Shown here: in pieces, positions 1 through 8,836 of the stretch
Numbering within the stretch: the first letter of the stretch is position 1
Layout of the letters: each line of letters begins with the position of its first letter
Source: Myxococcales bacterium
GTDB lineage: Bacteria; Myxococcota_A; UBA9042; JABWCM01; BTVJ01
NCBI GenBank assembly: GCA_045863395.1
Contig: BTVJ01000050.1
Location: 1-50,865, forward strand
Direction of reading: 5' to 3'
Length of the DNA: 50,865 nt
Program-made: the position numbers and the translations under genes
Notes under the pieces: generated by a model
Database searches by the model: none
What the model was told of the DNA's origin: nothing
What the model saw: only the letters and a program-made list of their open reading frames with translations

Positions 1-2310
1 GCGACGGGCTGCAAGACCACGGCGGTGACCTGCGACGACGGCATCGACTGCACGGAGGACTGGTGTGACCCTGACTCCGGGTGCCAGAGCTCGGCCCTCG
101 ACACTCTGTGCGACGACGGAGACGACACGACTGTCGACGCATGCGAGCCCAGCGTCTGTGCCGTCGGAACGGAGTATGGCGGGAGCTGCTACCAGGCCGT
201 CCAGGCGACCCTGCTCTGGCCGGCGGCCAACGCTGCCTGCCAGGCGCTGGGCGGGCACCTGGCCTCCATCGCCGACGCGGACGAGAACGCCTTCGTCTAT
301 GGCGTCGTCCTGGCCGGCTGCACCACCGACGCCTGGCTCGGGCTCAACGACATCGACGTGGAGGGAACCTTCGTCTGGACGGACGGCAGCCCCGTCACCT
401 ACACCAACTGGTACAACGACAACGGCCCCCCAAGCACCCACGCACTGGCCGACGCCGTGAAGATGCACCTGAACCTCGGTACCTGGTTCAATCTCCGCAC
501 GGACCAGACCTCCGGCTGCTACGTGTGCGAGCTGGAGGCGGACCTCGGCTGCACCAACCAGGACATCACCGGCACACCCTGTGACGACGGCAACGCCTGT
601 ACCACTTCGTCCTGGCAGACTCCGGCGGCAAGCGCCAAGAGCTGCGACGAGCTCGGCTGGACCAACGCGGCGACCTACGGTTCTCCCGATGTCTGCGGAG
701 AGACGGACGCATCGCCCCTGTCTGGCTGCTCGGGCCTGAAGACCTACGCCGAAGCGGTCGCGATCTGTGAAGGCGCCGGCGCCCGTCTCTGTACGATCAA
801 CGAGCTCTGGTCTGACGAGTCGCGAGCGACGGGGTGCAGCTACGACTCCTATGCCATCTGGTCGTCGAGCCCGTGCGACGGTGGCCACTGGACGGCCCCG
901 GGAGACTCCACGAAGACAGGCATTCCGAACCTGTGCGCGAGCGACACGGCCACGAAGGCCGTTCGGTGCTGCGCGGACGTGGATCCGTCGGCGGTGGTGC
1001 TCACGTGCGTCTCGACCGGCGGGTCCTGCAGCGATGGGACGTGCGCGGTCGGAATCTGCAACCCGGCCACCGGGTGCAGCGACGCGCCCATCGACGCCAC
1101 GTGCAGCAACCGGAACGACGACGTGGTTGGATGCCCCGGCTCTCCTGCTTGCCAGGCTTGTGTCTGCGCCAAGGACGACTACTGCTGCTCGACGGCCTGG
1201 GACAACCTCTGTGGCGGCTGTGCCAAGGGAACGGGGAGCGCGGCGACCTCCTGTGGGGATGGACAGTGCGCTGCCGTGTGCGGTTCTGCGGGGAAATACT
1301 GTGACGATGGAGGAGCGTGCAGCGGAATTGGCACATGTCTGGGGGGAGTCTGCGTCGTTGAGGGAGACTCGTGCGACGACCTGGACCCGTGTACGATTGA
1401 CACTTGCACGGAGACCGGCTGCGAGCACGCGGACTGCGACGGTGACGAGTGTACCTACAACGGATGCAGCTCCGCGTGCTCGCAGGGGATTGACACGGGC
1501 TTCGGCTGTCTGGAGGCGTTTGCCTCCACGAAGACCTGGCTCGGCGCAGAGGCGGCGTGCCAGGCGCTCGGAGGCACCCTGGCGAAGGCAGACTCGGCGG
1601 ACGCAAATGCGGCCGTACGGGCGCTGGCCGACGCAACGTGCGGCGCCGTCAGCGCCTGGATCGGCCTCTCGGACCAGTCCACCGAGGGCCTCTTCGTGTG
1701 GAACGACGGAAACAGCCCCGCCTATACGAACTGGGGCTCTGGCGAGCCCAACAACGGCACGTCGAGCGGCGAGGACTATGTCGACTTGCATGCCAACGGG
1801 ACATGGAACGACCTCGGCACCTCGTCGACGCGGACCTGCTACGTGTGCCAGTACGAGGGCGTGGCGGAGTGCCCGGCGAGCTGGACCACTCCGACCTGCT
1901 GTGAGGCGAGCGGCTCCGGTGGACCAGGCTGCGACGGCTCGGCGTGCGAGACGTGCGTGTGTGCCATCGACGGCTTCTGCTGCGCTGTCGCCTGGGATGC
2001 TCTGTGCGCCGACTGCGCGTCCGGAGGCGGAGGCAGCGGGGACGCCTGCACCGGCAGCGCCTGCGGGGGAATCTGTGGCTGCACCGCTGACTTCGGCGTG
2101 GTCTCCGAGGACTGCTGCAACGACGTGGGGAGCCCAGGGTGCTCCAACGACGCGTGCGAGTCCTGCGTCTGCGCACTGGACCCCTATTGCTGCGACTCCT
2201 CGTGGGACGGGATGTGCGCCCAGTGCGCGAACGGCGGCGCCGGCGAGAACGGCAACTGCTACGAGGCCTGCACGGCTCAGTGTGGCTGCGAGAAGACGAC
2301 CTGCCTCTGA
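1..2310 (+). CDS. 5'-truncated Cys-rich surface protein with two C-type lectin domains
   Basis: Frame is open from base 1. CTL motifs: ACQALGGHLASI..AWLGLND..GTFVWTDGS and AWIGLSD..YTNWGSGEPNN..ED..WND. Also CDDGxxCT repeats and three CxxCVCxxDxxCC..WDxxC repeats. Confidence 0.85.
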   Translation, partial: ATGCKTTAVTCDDGIDCTEDWCDPDSGCQSSALDTLCDDGDDTTVDACEPSVCAVGTEYGGSCYQAVQATLLWPAANAACQALGGHLASIADADENAFVYGVVLAGCTTDAWLGLNDIDVEGTFVWTDGSPVTYTNWYNDNGPPSTHALADAVKMHLNLGTWFNLRTDQTSGCYVCELEADLGCTNQDITGTPCDDGNACTTSSWQTPAASAKSCDELGWTNAATYGSPDVCGETDASPLSGCSGLKTYAEAVAICEGAGARLCTINELWSDESRATGCSYDSYAIWSSSPCDGGHWTAPGDSTKTGIPNLCASDTATKAVRCCADVDPSAVVLTCVSTGGSCSDGTCAVGICNPATGCSDAPIDATCSNRNDDVVGCPGSPACQACVCAKDDYCCSTAWDNLCGGCAKGTGSAATSCGDGQCAAVCGSAGKYCDDGGACSGIGTCLGGVCVVEGDSCDDLDPCTIDTCTETGCEHADCDGDECTYNGCSSACSQGIDTGFGCLEAFASTKTWLGAEAACQALGGTLAKADSADANAAVRALADATCGAVSAWIGLSDQSTEGLFVWNDGNSPAYTNWGSGEPNNGTSSGEDYVDLHANGTWNDLGTSSTRTCYVCQYEGVAECPASWTTPTCCEASGSGGPGCDGSACETCVCAIDGFCCAVAWDALCADCASGGGGSGDACTGSACGGICGCTADFGVVSEDCCNDVGSPGCSNDACESCVCALDPYCCDSSWDGMCAQCANGGAGENGNCYEACTAQCGCEKTTCL

Positions 2311-2387
2311 GCCTCCGCGGTTGCTCCCGGCGGCGGGGGGGCCGTGCTGCCGCCGTGCTGCGCTCCTCCACCGCACGCGCGAGCGCC

Positions 2388-2417
2388 TTGACTCCGTCGG
2401 CCGCTTTGCTCTAGCGT
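2388..2417 (+). promoter_or_regulatory. Putative sigma70 promoter
   Basis: TTGACT-N18-TAGCGT, followed by RBS GGAGGA at 2441 and ATG at 2451. Confidence 0.45.
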
Positions 2418-2450
2418 GGCATCGGTCTCCCCCGCACCCTGGAGGAAGCG

Positions 2451-4214
2451 ATGTCTGGTCCCGAAGGTGCTCTGGTCCCCGACAAGGCGAAGGTCCCGGC
2501 GCCGAGCGGCCCCCAGGAGCAGGAGGCTCCGGGTGCAGCGGACCGGCTGAAGCAGTCCGTGCGCGGCATGGGGTACGCGGATGGCGCGGCGGCCCTCGCG
2601 CCGGCACCCGCCACGTTCGATGACGCCCCCGATGGCCAGGTCTCGAAGGACGCGGGCGGCGCGCTCTCCTGCCCCGTCCCCACCGTGACGACGGGTGCGG
2701 CCACGCCTCTGGGAACCCTGGTCAACCGCCGCTTCGTCGGCGACCCCGTCCTCGAGAAGGTGGCCAAGGGCAAGGCGACGCTCCAGAAGGGATCCAAGGG
2801 CCCGGCCGTGAGCAAGCTCCAGGCCGCCCTCGAGTCCCTCGCGATCCCCATGCCGAAGCCGTCCCTGGACAACGACTTCGGCAAGAACACCAAGGGCGCC
2901 GTGGAGGTGTTCCAGACCACCGAGTCCATCGCCGGCGCCAAGGCGGGCGTGCTGGACCAGGCGACCCTCTCCCGCCTCGACGTCAAGACCCCCCACGCCG
3001 ACGCCGACGTCCACGTGTGGCGCGAGGCAGAGTCGGAGGACCTGGCGGGCACCCAGGTCACCCACAAGGCCCTCTCCAACCCGCGCTTCAAGGGCGACCC
3101 GGTCCTCGAGATGGTGGCGAGCGGCATGGGGGCCATCACAGCCGGCAAGGTCGGCGGCTACGTCTGGAAGATCCAGCGGAGCCTGAAGGACCTCGGCTTC
3201 AAGGCGGGCACGGACGGCACCTACAGCAAGGAGACCAAGGCCGCGGTCGCCACCTTCCAGGAGGCGTTCAACGTGCCCCTCGGCCCCAAGGCCGGCCAGC
3301 AGACCATGACCGAGCCGAAGGAAGAGAAGGGCTCCGTCAACGGCTCTACCATGGCGGCGCTGGACGCCTACTCCCCGACCAACGTCCCCACCGAGACCGT
3401 CCCCGAGGGCCTGACCCCCATCGGCGGGCCCAACTACGCCAAGCTGTTCGAGGACGGCCGCTTCGACGCCACCGTCGCCCTCGGCTACGACGAGGGGGGC
3501 GCGCACGTGGCGAAGCTCGGGACCACCGTCTCGGTGCTCAAGGACGAGCTGGGCATGGCCATGGTCGACCCGCGGACCGCCAAGCCCGACGAGATCGCCG
3601 CCGCCGGCCTCAAGGACGCGACCCTGGACCGCGAGATCGTCTACTTCACCAAGAAGTTCCACTCCACGGCCGTCAACAAGGACGTCCAGGTCGTCCTCAA
3701 GCTGATCGCCGCGCGCAGCGACGGAAGCAATGGCGCCGAGCGCATGGAGAAGTTCAAGGGCGCCATGGCCAGCGACGACTACGTCGGCTACACCGGCCAC
3801 GCCCGCGCAGGGACGGGCCCCGACTTCGACGACAAGCACGACAGCGCCGGCAACTACGTCATGGGCAAGGGCTACAACGCAGAGTACAACAAGGCCGTCG
3901 CGGGGGCCCCGAACCAGCTCGAGGCGACCGACTTCAAGGACAAGGCCCAGGTCATCCAGTTCTGGGGCTGCACGACGGACCACTACCAGAAGCACCTGGA
4001 CGCGAAGATGGGCAAGCGCGGCACGAAGGGGAGCGTGCAGGACTCGAAGGACATCGTGACCACCACGAAGCCCGTCTTCACCGCCCGGGGAGTCTACGGC
4101 ATGCTGGCCATGGTCCGGGGTCTCCTGGCAGAGGCGGACGGCGCGACGCTCAAGGACATGATGGACATCTCCCAGCGCGACAAGGTCACGACCATGAAGG
4201 GCTTCAAGTCATGA
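2451..4214 (+). CDS. Protein with two peptidoglycan-binding domains and a C-terminal caspase/gingipain-like (His-Cys) domain
   Basis: PG_binding_1-like LQKGSKGPAVSKLQAAL..DFGKNTKGAVEVFQ and KIQRSLKDLGF..DGTYSKETKAAVATFQ. C-terminal YTGH and FWGC motifs. Strong RBS. Confidence 0.75.
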   Translation: MSGPEGALVPDKAKVPAPSGPQEQEAPGAADRLKQSVRGMGYADGAAALAPAPATFDDAPDGQVSKDAGGALSCPVPTVTTGAATPLGTLVNRRFVGDPVLEKVAKGKATLQKGSKGPAVSKLQAALESLAIPMPKPSLDNDFGKNTKGAVEVFQTTESIAGAKAGVLDQATLSRLDVKTPHADADVHVWREAESEDLAGTQVTHKALSNPRFKGDPVLEMVASGMGAITAGKVGGYVWKIQRSLKDLGFKAGTDGTYSKETKAAVATFQEAFNVPLGPKAGQQTMTEPKEEKGSVNGSTMAALDAYSPTNVPTETVPEGLTPIGGPNYAKLFEDGRFDATVALGYDEGGAHVAKLGTTVSVLKDELGMAMVDPRTAKPDEIAAAGLKDATLDREIVYFTKKFHSTAVNKDVQVVLKLIAARSDGSNGAERMEKFKGAMASDDYVGYTGHARAGTGPDFDDKHDSAGNYVMGKGYNAEYNKAVAGAPNQLEATDFKDKAQVIQFWGCTTDHYQKHLDAKMGKRGTKGSVQDSKDIVTTTKPVFTARGVYGMLAMVRGLLAEADGATLKDMMDISQRDKVTTMKGFKS

Positions 4215-4723
4215 GGGCCTGGACGTTCGAGGAGGTCCGGTCCCTGGCCACCGGCTCCGATGACGAGATCGCGGCGGGAGCCATCGAGGCGCTCCAGACG
4301 GAGGACGGCGACGTCCGCGCCGAGGCGTGCCGCCTGCTCGCGCGCTTGAGTGACATCGAGGCCCGGCTGCGCACCACGTTGCAGACAGACCCGCGGTTGG
4401 CCCTCGAGGCAGTCGTCTTCTTGCGCCAGGAGTCTCTGCTGGGCGACGTGGCAGCGCTGATCCGGGAGTCTCCGGACGCCAGCGTGCGCGGCCGCGCGGC
4501 CCAGATCACGGGGCTCCTGGGGGGCAAGCAGTTCGAGACGGAGGTCGCCGCGGCCCTCCTCGACCCGTCGCCGCGGGTGCGGGCACTTGCGGCTGCCGGC
4601 CTCGGTGCTCTCGGCTCGGGGACTGCCCTCGACGCGCTGCGGGCGGCCTGGTCCCGAGAGTCGGACGCGGGGGCGCGAGTGGTGATGACCCAGGTCCTCG
4701 ACGACTGCGGCGCGCTGCCGTGA
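4211..4723 (+). CDS. HEAT-repeat protein
   Basis: ATGA overlap with the upstream stop. Repeats DGDVRAEACRLLARL, DASVRGRAAQITGLLG, DPSPRVRALAAAGLGALG. The ORF-track entry 3017..4723 is over-extended. Confidence 0.75.
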   Translation: MRAWTFEEVRSLATGSDDEIAAGAIEALQTEDGDVRAEACRLLARLSDIEARLRTTLQTDPRLALEAVVFLRQESLLGDVAALIRESPDASVRGRAAQITGLLGGKQFETEVAAALLDPSPRVRALAAAGLGALGSGTALDALRAAWSRESDAGARVVMTQVLDDCGALP

Positions 4724-5142
4724 TTCGCTCTCTGGCCCTCGCCCTGGCGCTCGTCTCCGCCTCTGCGCTCGCCGCTCCCCCCAAGGGCGTCTCCACCGAG
4801 CTGTCCCGCTGGCTGAAGGCCGTCAAGAGCGGCGAGCCGGACCGCGTCGCGGCGCTGCTGCCCGAGGGAGCCGCGCTGGCAGTCTCCACCGAGGGCGCCA
4901 TCCGGGCGACCCCAGAGCGGACCCTGGACCGCACCTCACTCGCTGACGCGCTCCGAGCTGGCCAGGCCGACGCGCTCGGTCTCGACCGCCATCTCCTCCT
5001 GCCCCGCGCCCGGGATCTGGGCCGCGTCGAGGGGCGCTGGGAGGCCAGGGACAAGCGCTGCCCGGAGGTGCGGTGGATCTTCGAGCGGGTCGGCAAGCGT
5101 TGGCGCCTCACCCGCATCGTGCGGGTCCTGCTCGACTGCTGA
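4720..5142 (+). CDS. Small secreted hypothetical protein
   Basis: GTGA overlap. Signal peptide MIRSLALALALVSASALA-AP. NTF2-like ending (WIFERVGKRWRLTRI). Confidence 0.7.
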   Translation: MIRSLALALALVSASALAAPPKGVSTELSRWLKAVKSGEPDRVAALLPEGAALAVSTEGAIRATPERTLDRTSLADALRAGQADALGLDRHLLLPRARDLGRVEGRWEARDKRCPEVRWIFERVGKRWRLTRIVRVLLDC

Positions 5143-5219
5143 CGGCTCGGGGGGCCCGCGCAGTGGCCCCCTCTGCGTGGGGCCCGGAGCGCCGCGGCCT
5201 TCGAACCTTCGCCTCGCGA

Positions 5220-6314
5220 TCACTCCACGGGCAGACACGTGAACGAGAAGCACGACCCGTGCCCTGGCTCGGACGTCACCCAGAGGCGCTCCCCGTGGCG
5301 CTCGACGATGCGGGCGCACACCGCCAGCCCGAGGCCCGTCCCGGGGTAGCGAGCCTCCGCGTGGAGGCGCTTGAAGGGCTCGAAGATCTGGCGCTGGAAC
5401 CGGGGCTCGATGCCGATCCCGTTGTCGCGCACCGAGACGACCCACCGGTCTCCGTCGCGATGCGCCGAGACGTGCACCCGTGGCGGCGCGTCCCCGTGGA
5501 ACTTCAGGCCGTTACCCACCAGGTTCTGAAGGACGTGGGGTAAGAGCGAGCGGCTCGCGCGCACGACGGGGAGCGAATCCCAGGTGACGGCGGCGCCAGC
5601 TTCGTCGATGGCGCCTCGCAGATCCTGCGCCACGAGGCCCAGCATCGCGTCGAGGTCAACGGGCTCCAGGAGAAGCTCGGTGGCCCCCACCCGCGCCCAG
5701 GCCAGCAGATCCGCGATCAGGCGCTGCATGCGCGCGGCGCTGCTGGCGACGGTCTCCAGCAGGCGGCGGCGCTGCTCCTCTCCAATCTCCGCGTCGGGGT
5801 CGTTGAGGAGCCCGATGAAGCCGGCGATGCTGCGCAGCGGCGCCTGGAGGTCGTGGGAGGCAACCGCGGCGAAGTGCAGCAGATCGTGGTTGGAGCGCTC
5901 CAGCTCCCGCGCCTTCTGCTCCAGGTCCCGTTCGGCGCGGCGGCGCTCCTCGACCTCTTGCGCCAGCATTCGGTTGAGCCGGCGGCTCTGCTCGAGCTGG
6001 CGGCGGTGGACGAGCCCGTAGGCCATCTGGAGCTCCATGAGTGGCTCCGTGGCCAGGCGGGCCGCCTGGGACAGCAGGAGCTCCGGGTGGGTCTGACAGA
6101 GGAGGTCGAGCGCTTCATCGTGGATCTCGAGCATGTCCTCGTGCGGGACCCCTGCGGTCACCAGCTCGCGCCCGATCTCTGCTGCCTCGGCGAGCCACTC
6201 CTCGCTGGGCGCCTCGACGTGGGCCACGAGCAGCCGGGCATAGCGCGCGTGCGCCAGCGCCAGAGGGTCCAGAGTGCGGTCGGGCTGCTGCGTCTGCTCC
6301 GCCGCGCCGTTCAT
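5220..6314 (-). CDS. Histidine kinase with RsbU N-terminal-like input domain
   Basis: H-box ASHDLQAPLRSI, N-box QNLVGNGLKF, DNGIGI, IFEPFKRLH, GTGLGLAVC. N-terminus YARLL..SEEWLAEAAEIGRELV..VPHEDMLEIHDEAL resembles RsbU_N. ATGA overlap with rsbX. Confidence 0.85.
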   Translation of the reverse strand: MNGAAEQTQQPDRTLDPLALAHARYARLLVAHVEAPSEEWLAEAAEIGRELVTAGVPHEDMLEIHDEALDLLCQTHPELLLSQAARLATEPLMELQMAYGLVHRRQLEQSRRLNRMLAQEVEERRRAERDLEQKARELERSNHDLLHFAAVASHDLQAPLRSIAGFIGLLNDPDAEIGEEQRRRLLETVASSAARMQRLIADLLAWARVGATELLLEPVDLDAMLGLVAQDLRGAIDEAGAAVTWDSLPVVRASRSLLPHVLQNLVGNGLKFHGDAPPRVHVSAHRDGDRWVVSVRDNGIGIEPRFQRQIFEPFKRLHAEARYPGTGLGLAVCARIVERHGERLWVTSEPGHGSCFSFTCLPVE

Positions 6315-6931
6315 GCCACCTCCATGTGCTGGTAGACGAGGACCGCCGCGTCGTCCTGGCCCGTCGCCCATCGCGCGAGGAGCTGATCCGCGAGGTCCCC
6401 CGTGTTCACCCGGCCGAGGGTGGTGGACGCGGGCACGCTCAGCCGCTCGGACACGCCGTCGGTGAAGAGGATGACCAGGTCGCCCACCTCGACCGCCGTG
6501 GCCTCGACCAGGATGCGGCACGATCCGGCGCCGACGATGCCCGCGTCGCTGCTGAAGCGGCAGGTGCCGACCCCCACCCGCATTCCGCGCGTGTTTCCGA
6601 CGCCACCGTAGGTCAGCCGTCCGCCCTCCATGATCACGATCCCCACCGCCGCCCCGCGGCTGCCCCGCAGGGCAACGTCGCAGCCGGCGAGCAGAACGGG
6701 GACGCTGTCGTCCAGGTGGTTGCCGACGTACTCGATGGCGCGGTAGGCGGCCCGGGCTGCTTCTGGTCCGTGCCCGAGGCCGTCGGCGATGCAGAGGACT
6801 CGGCGCTGGCCAGACTGCCACCAGGCTCCGACGTCGCCGCAGACCTGTTGCCCTGGGTAATGGCGCACCCGCAGGGCGGCGTGCTTGTAGACGGTGGCCT
6901 TCGGCTGATCCCCCGTGTCCGCCGCCTTCAC
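6311..6931 (-). CDS. rsbX: RsbX-like PP2C (SpoIIE-type) phosphatase
   Basis: CGD, IADGLGHG, RGAAV, GVGN, LFTDGV and DDAAVL motifs. GTGA overlap with rsbT. Confidence 0.8.
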   Translation of the reverse strand: MKAADTGDQPKATVYKHAALRVRHYPGQQVCGDVGAWWQSGQRRVLCIADGLGHGPEAARAAYRAIEYVGNHLDDSVPVLLAGCDVALRGSRGAAVGIVIMEGGRLTYGGVGNTRGMRVGVGTCRFSSDAGIVGAGSCRILVEATAVEVGDLVILFTDGVSERLSVPASTTLGRVNTGDLADQLLARWATGQDDAAVLVYQHMEVA

Positions 6932-7329
6932 CGCCGCACACGGCGCATGGTCGCGCGAATGACGGTGCGCCCGGGCACGGTCTCGATGTGCAGGTCGTCC
7001 ATCAGGCGGCGCGTCCCCGGCAGGCCCGCGCCCAGGCCGCGCCCCGTGCTGAAGCCGTCCTGCATGGCCTGGTCGACGTCGGCGATGCCCGGCCCCTCGT
7101 CGGCGACCTCCACCCGCAGGACCACGTGCCCGTTCTCGCGCTCCCCCTCGACCCGGCACACGCCGCCACCGGCGTACTGCCACGCATTGCGCGCGAGCTC
7201 CGAGATGGCCGTGGCCACCCGGGTCTGGTCGGCGGTCCCCATGCCGAGCTGCCGGGCGATGTCTCGCCCCGCCTGTCTCGACGCGATGATGTCCGCCTCG
7301 TGCGCGATGGTCACGCAGCTCTCCAACAT
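6928..7329 (-). CDS. rsbT: RsbT serine/threonine kinase
   Basis: ATAISELARN, DEGPGIADVDQAMQDGFSTGRGLGAGLPG. Confidence 0.92.
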   Translation of the reverse strand: MLESCVTIAHEADIIASRQAGRDIARQLGMGTADQTRVATAISELARNAWQYAGGGVCRVEGERENGHVVLRVEVADEGPGIADVDQAMQDGFSTGRGLGAGLPGTRRLMDDLHIETVPGRTVIRATMRRVRR

Positions 7330-7721
7330 CAGCTCCCCTCCCCGGTGCCCGTCGCCAGCGGGCTCGACACGCGATGCTCCTTCGTGAGCAGACTCACCCC
7401 CTGCTCCAGATCCAGCGCCGTCTCCACTCCGATGAGCCCCCGCCCCATCTCGACGAGCGTCACGGCCACGGCGGGGCGGATGCCGCAGATCACCACCCGT
7501 GCCCCAAGAAGGGTGACCATCTGCGCCGTGTCGTTGAGCACCCGCGCCAGGAAGGAGTCCACCACGTCCATGCCGGACACGTCGATGACCACGCCGTCCG
7601 CGTCCGTCGTCTGGGCGCGGCGGAGCAGCGCGTCCTGGAGGTCCATGGCTGCCTGGTCCGTCAGGTCTTCCTGCACCGACGTGATCAGGAGGCGTCCGAG
7701 CTGCAGAATCGGAATCTTCAT
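7329..7721 (-). CDS. rsbS: RsbS STAS-domain antagonist
   Basis: MKIPIL..GVVIDVSGMDVVDSFLAR..GIRPAVAVTLVEMG. Phosphoacceptor Ser is retained. Confidence 0.92.
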   Translation of the reverse strand: MKIPILQLGRLLITSVQEDLTDQAAMDLQDALLRRAQTTDADGVVIDVSGMDVVDSFLARVLNDTAQMVTLLGARVVICGIRPAVAVTLVEMGRGLIGVETALDLEQGVSLLTKEHRVSSPLATGTGEGS

Positions 7722-7737
7722 GGGCCTCCCTCTGTGC

Positions 7738-8634
7738 TCAGCCCGCCGTGACCACGCGCTTGCCGACGAGTGCCAGTGCCTTCTCGATGCCTCGGAGCAG
7801 CGGGCCCCCAGTCCGGAGCGCCGCCAGATCGATGCCCAGCTTGACCAGCGTCTGCGCCATCTCGGGCCCGATCCCGGTCAGCACGGTCTCGGCGCCCAGC
7901 ATGCGCGCCGCGCTCACGGCGTTGACCAGGTGCTGGGCCACCCGGGTGTCGATGATCGGGACCCCCGTCACGTCGAGGATGGCCACGCGCGCCTTCGTCG
8001 CCACGATGGCCTCCAGCAGCGCCTCCATGAGCTGCCGCGCGCGGAGCGTGTCGATGACGCCGACCAGCGGCAGGAGCACTATCTCGTCGAACAGCCGCAC
8101 CGTCGGCGTGGACAGCTCCAGGATGGCCTGGCTCTGCTGACTCACGCGCTGCTCCAGCTCCTCGTTGAGGCGGCGGATTCGCTCGTCGGTTCGCCGCTGG
8201 TCGGTCACGTCCCGGGCCGCCGCCACGATGATGTGCCGCTCCACGATGGCGTAGGAGTTCCACGAGAGCCACCGCCACGAGCCGTCCTTGCAGGCGTAGC
8301 GGTTGTCGAAGCAGATCACGTCGCGTCCGTCGGACAGGGCCGACGCGGCCGCGATGGTGGAGTCCCGGTCCTCCGGGTGGACGAAGTCCAGGAACGGGCG
8401 TGCGAGCAGCTCCGCGTCGCTCCAGCCGAGGGTGCGGGTCCACATGGGGTTGAGGCGCTTGAAGTACCCATCGAAGCCGGCGATGCACAGCATCTCCAGC
8501 GCTACGGAGAAGAAGAGCTCGTTCTCTTGCGCCATGGCGTTGGCCGGGCTCTGCGCTGCCTCCAGGGCCGCGATTCGCTCATCTCTCTGTGCCAGGAGCG
8601 CCAGCAGCTCCTCTCGTGACGGATCACTCGCCAT
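7738..8634 (-). CDS. rsbR: RsbR stressosome sensor (PAS + STAS)
   Basis: PAS: GYFKRLNPMW..DFVHPED..NRYACKDGSWRWLSW. STAS: ELSTP..LPLVGVIDTLRA..DVTGVPIIDT. RBS GGAGGG before ATG 8634; alternative start 8682. Confidence 0.9.
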   Translation of the reverse strand: MASDPSREELLALLAQRDERIAALEAAQSPANAMAQENELFFSVALEMLCIAGFDGYFKRLNPMWTRTLGWSDAELLARPFLDFVHPEDRDSTIAAASALSDGRDVICFDNRYACKDGSWRWLSWNSYAIVERHIIVAAARDVTDQRRTDERIRRLNEELEQRVSQQSQAILELSTPTVRLFDEIVLLPLVGVIDTLRARQLMEALLEAIVATKARVAILDVTGVPIIDTRVAQHLVNAVSAARMLGAETVLTGIGPEMAQTLVKLGIDLAALRTGGPLLRGIEKALALVGKRVVTAG

Positions 8635-8836
8635 TGAAGCCCTCCAGCAGTACGCGCGGCTCTCTCGAAACGGAGCCATCATAGATCGAAAAGAGATGGC
8701 ACCGCTACCTGACTGGGCGGACCCGGTGCGTGTTGTTCAGGCAATCGTCATCGCCCCTGCCCGTCGAGGGGGGCGTGGTGTGGGGGGACGGGAGAGCCAG
8801 CGGAAGGGAGCGGGCGTTCGCGACGGGGGGGGACGG

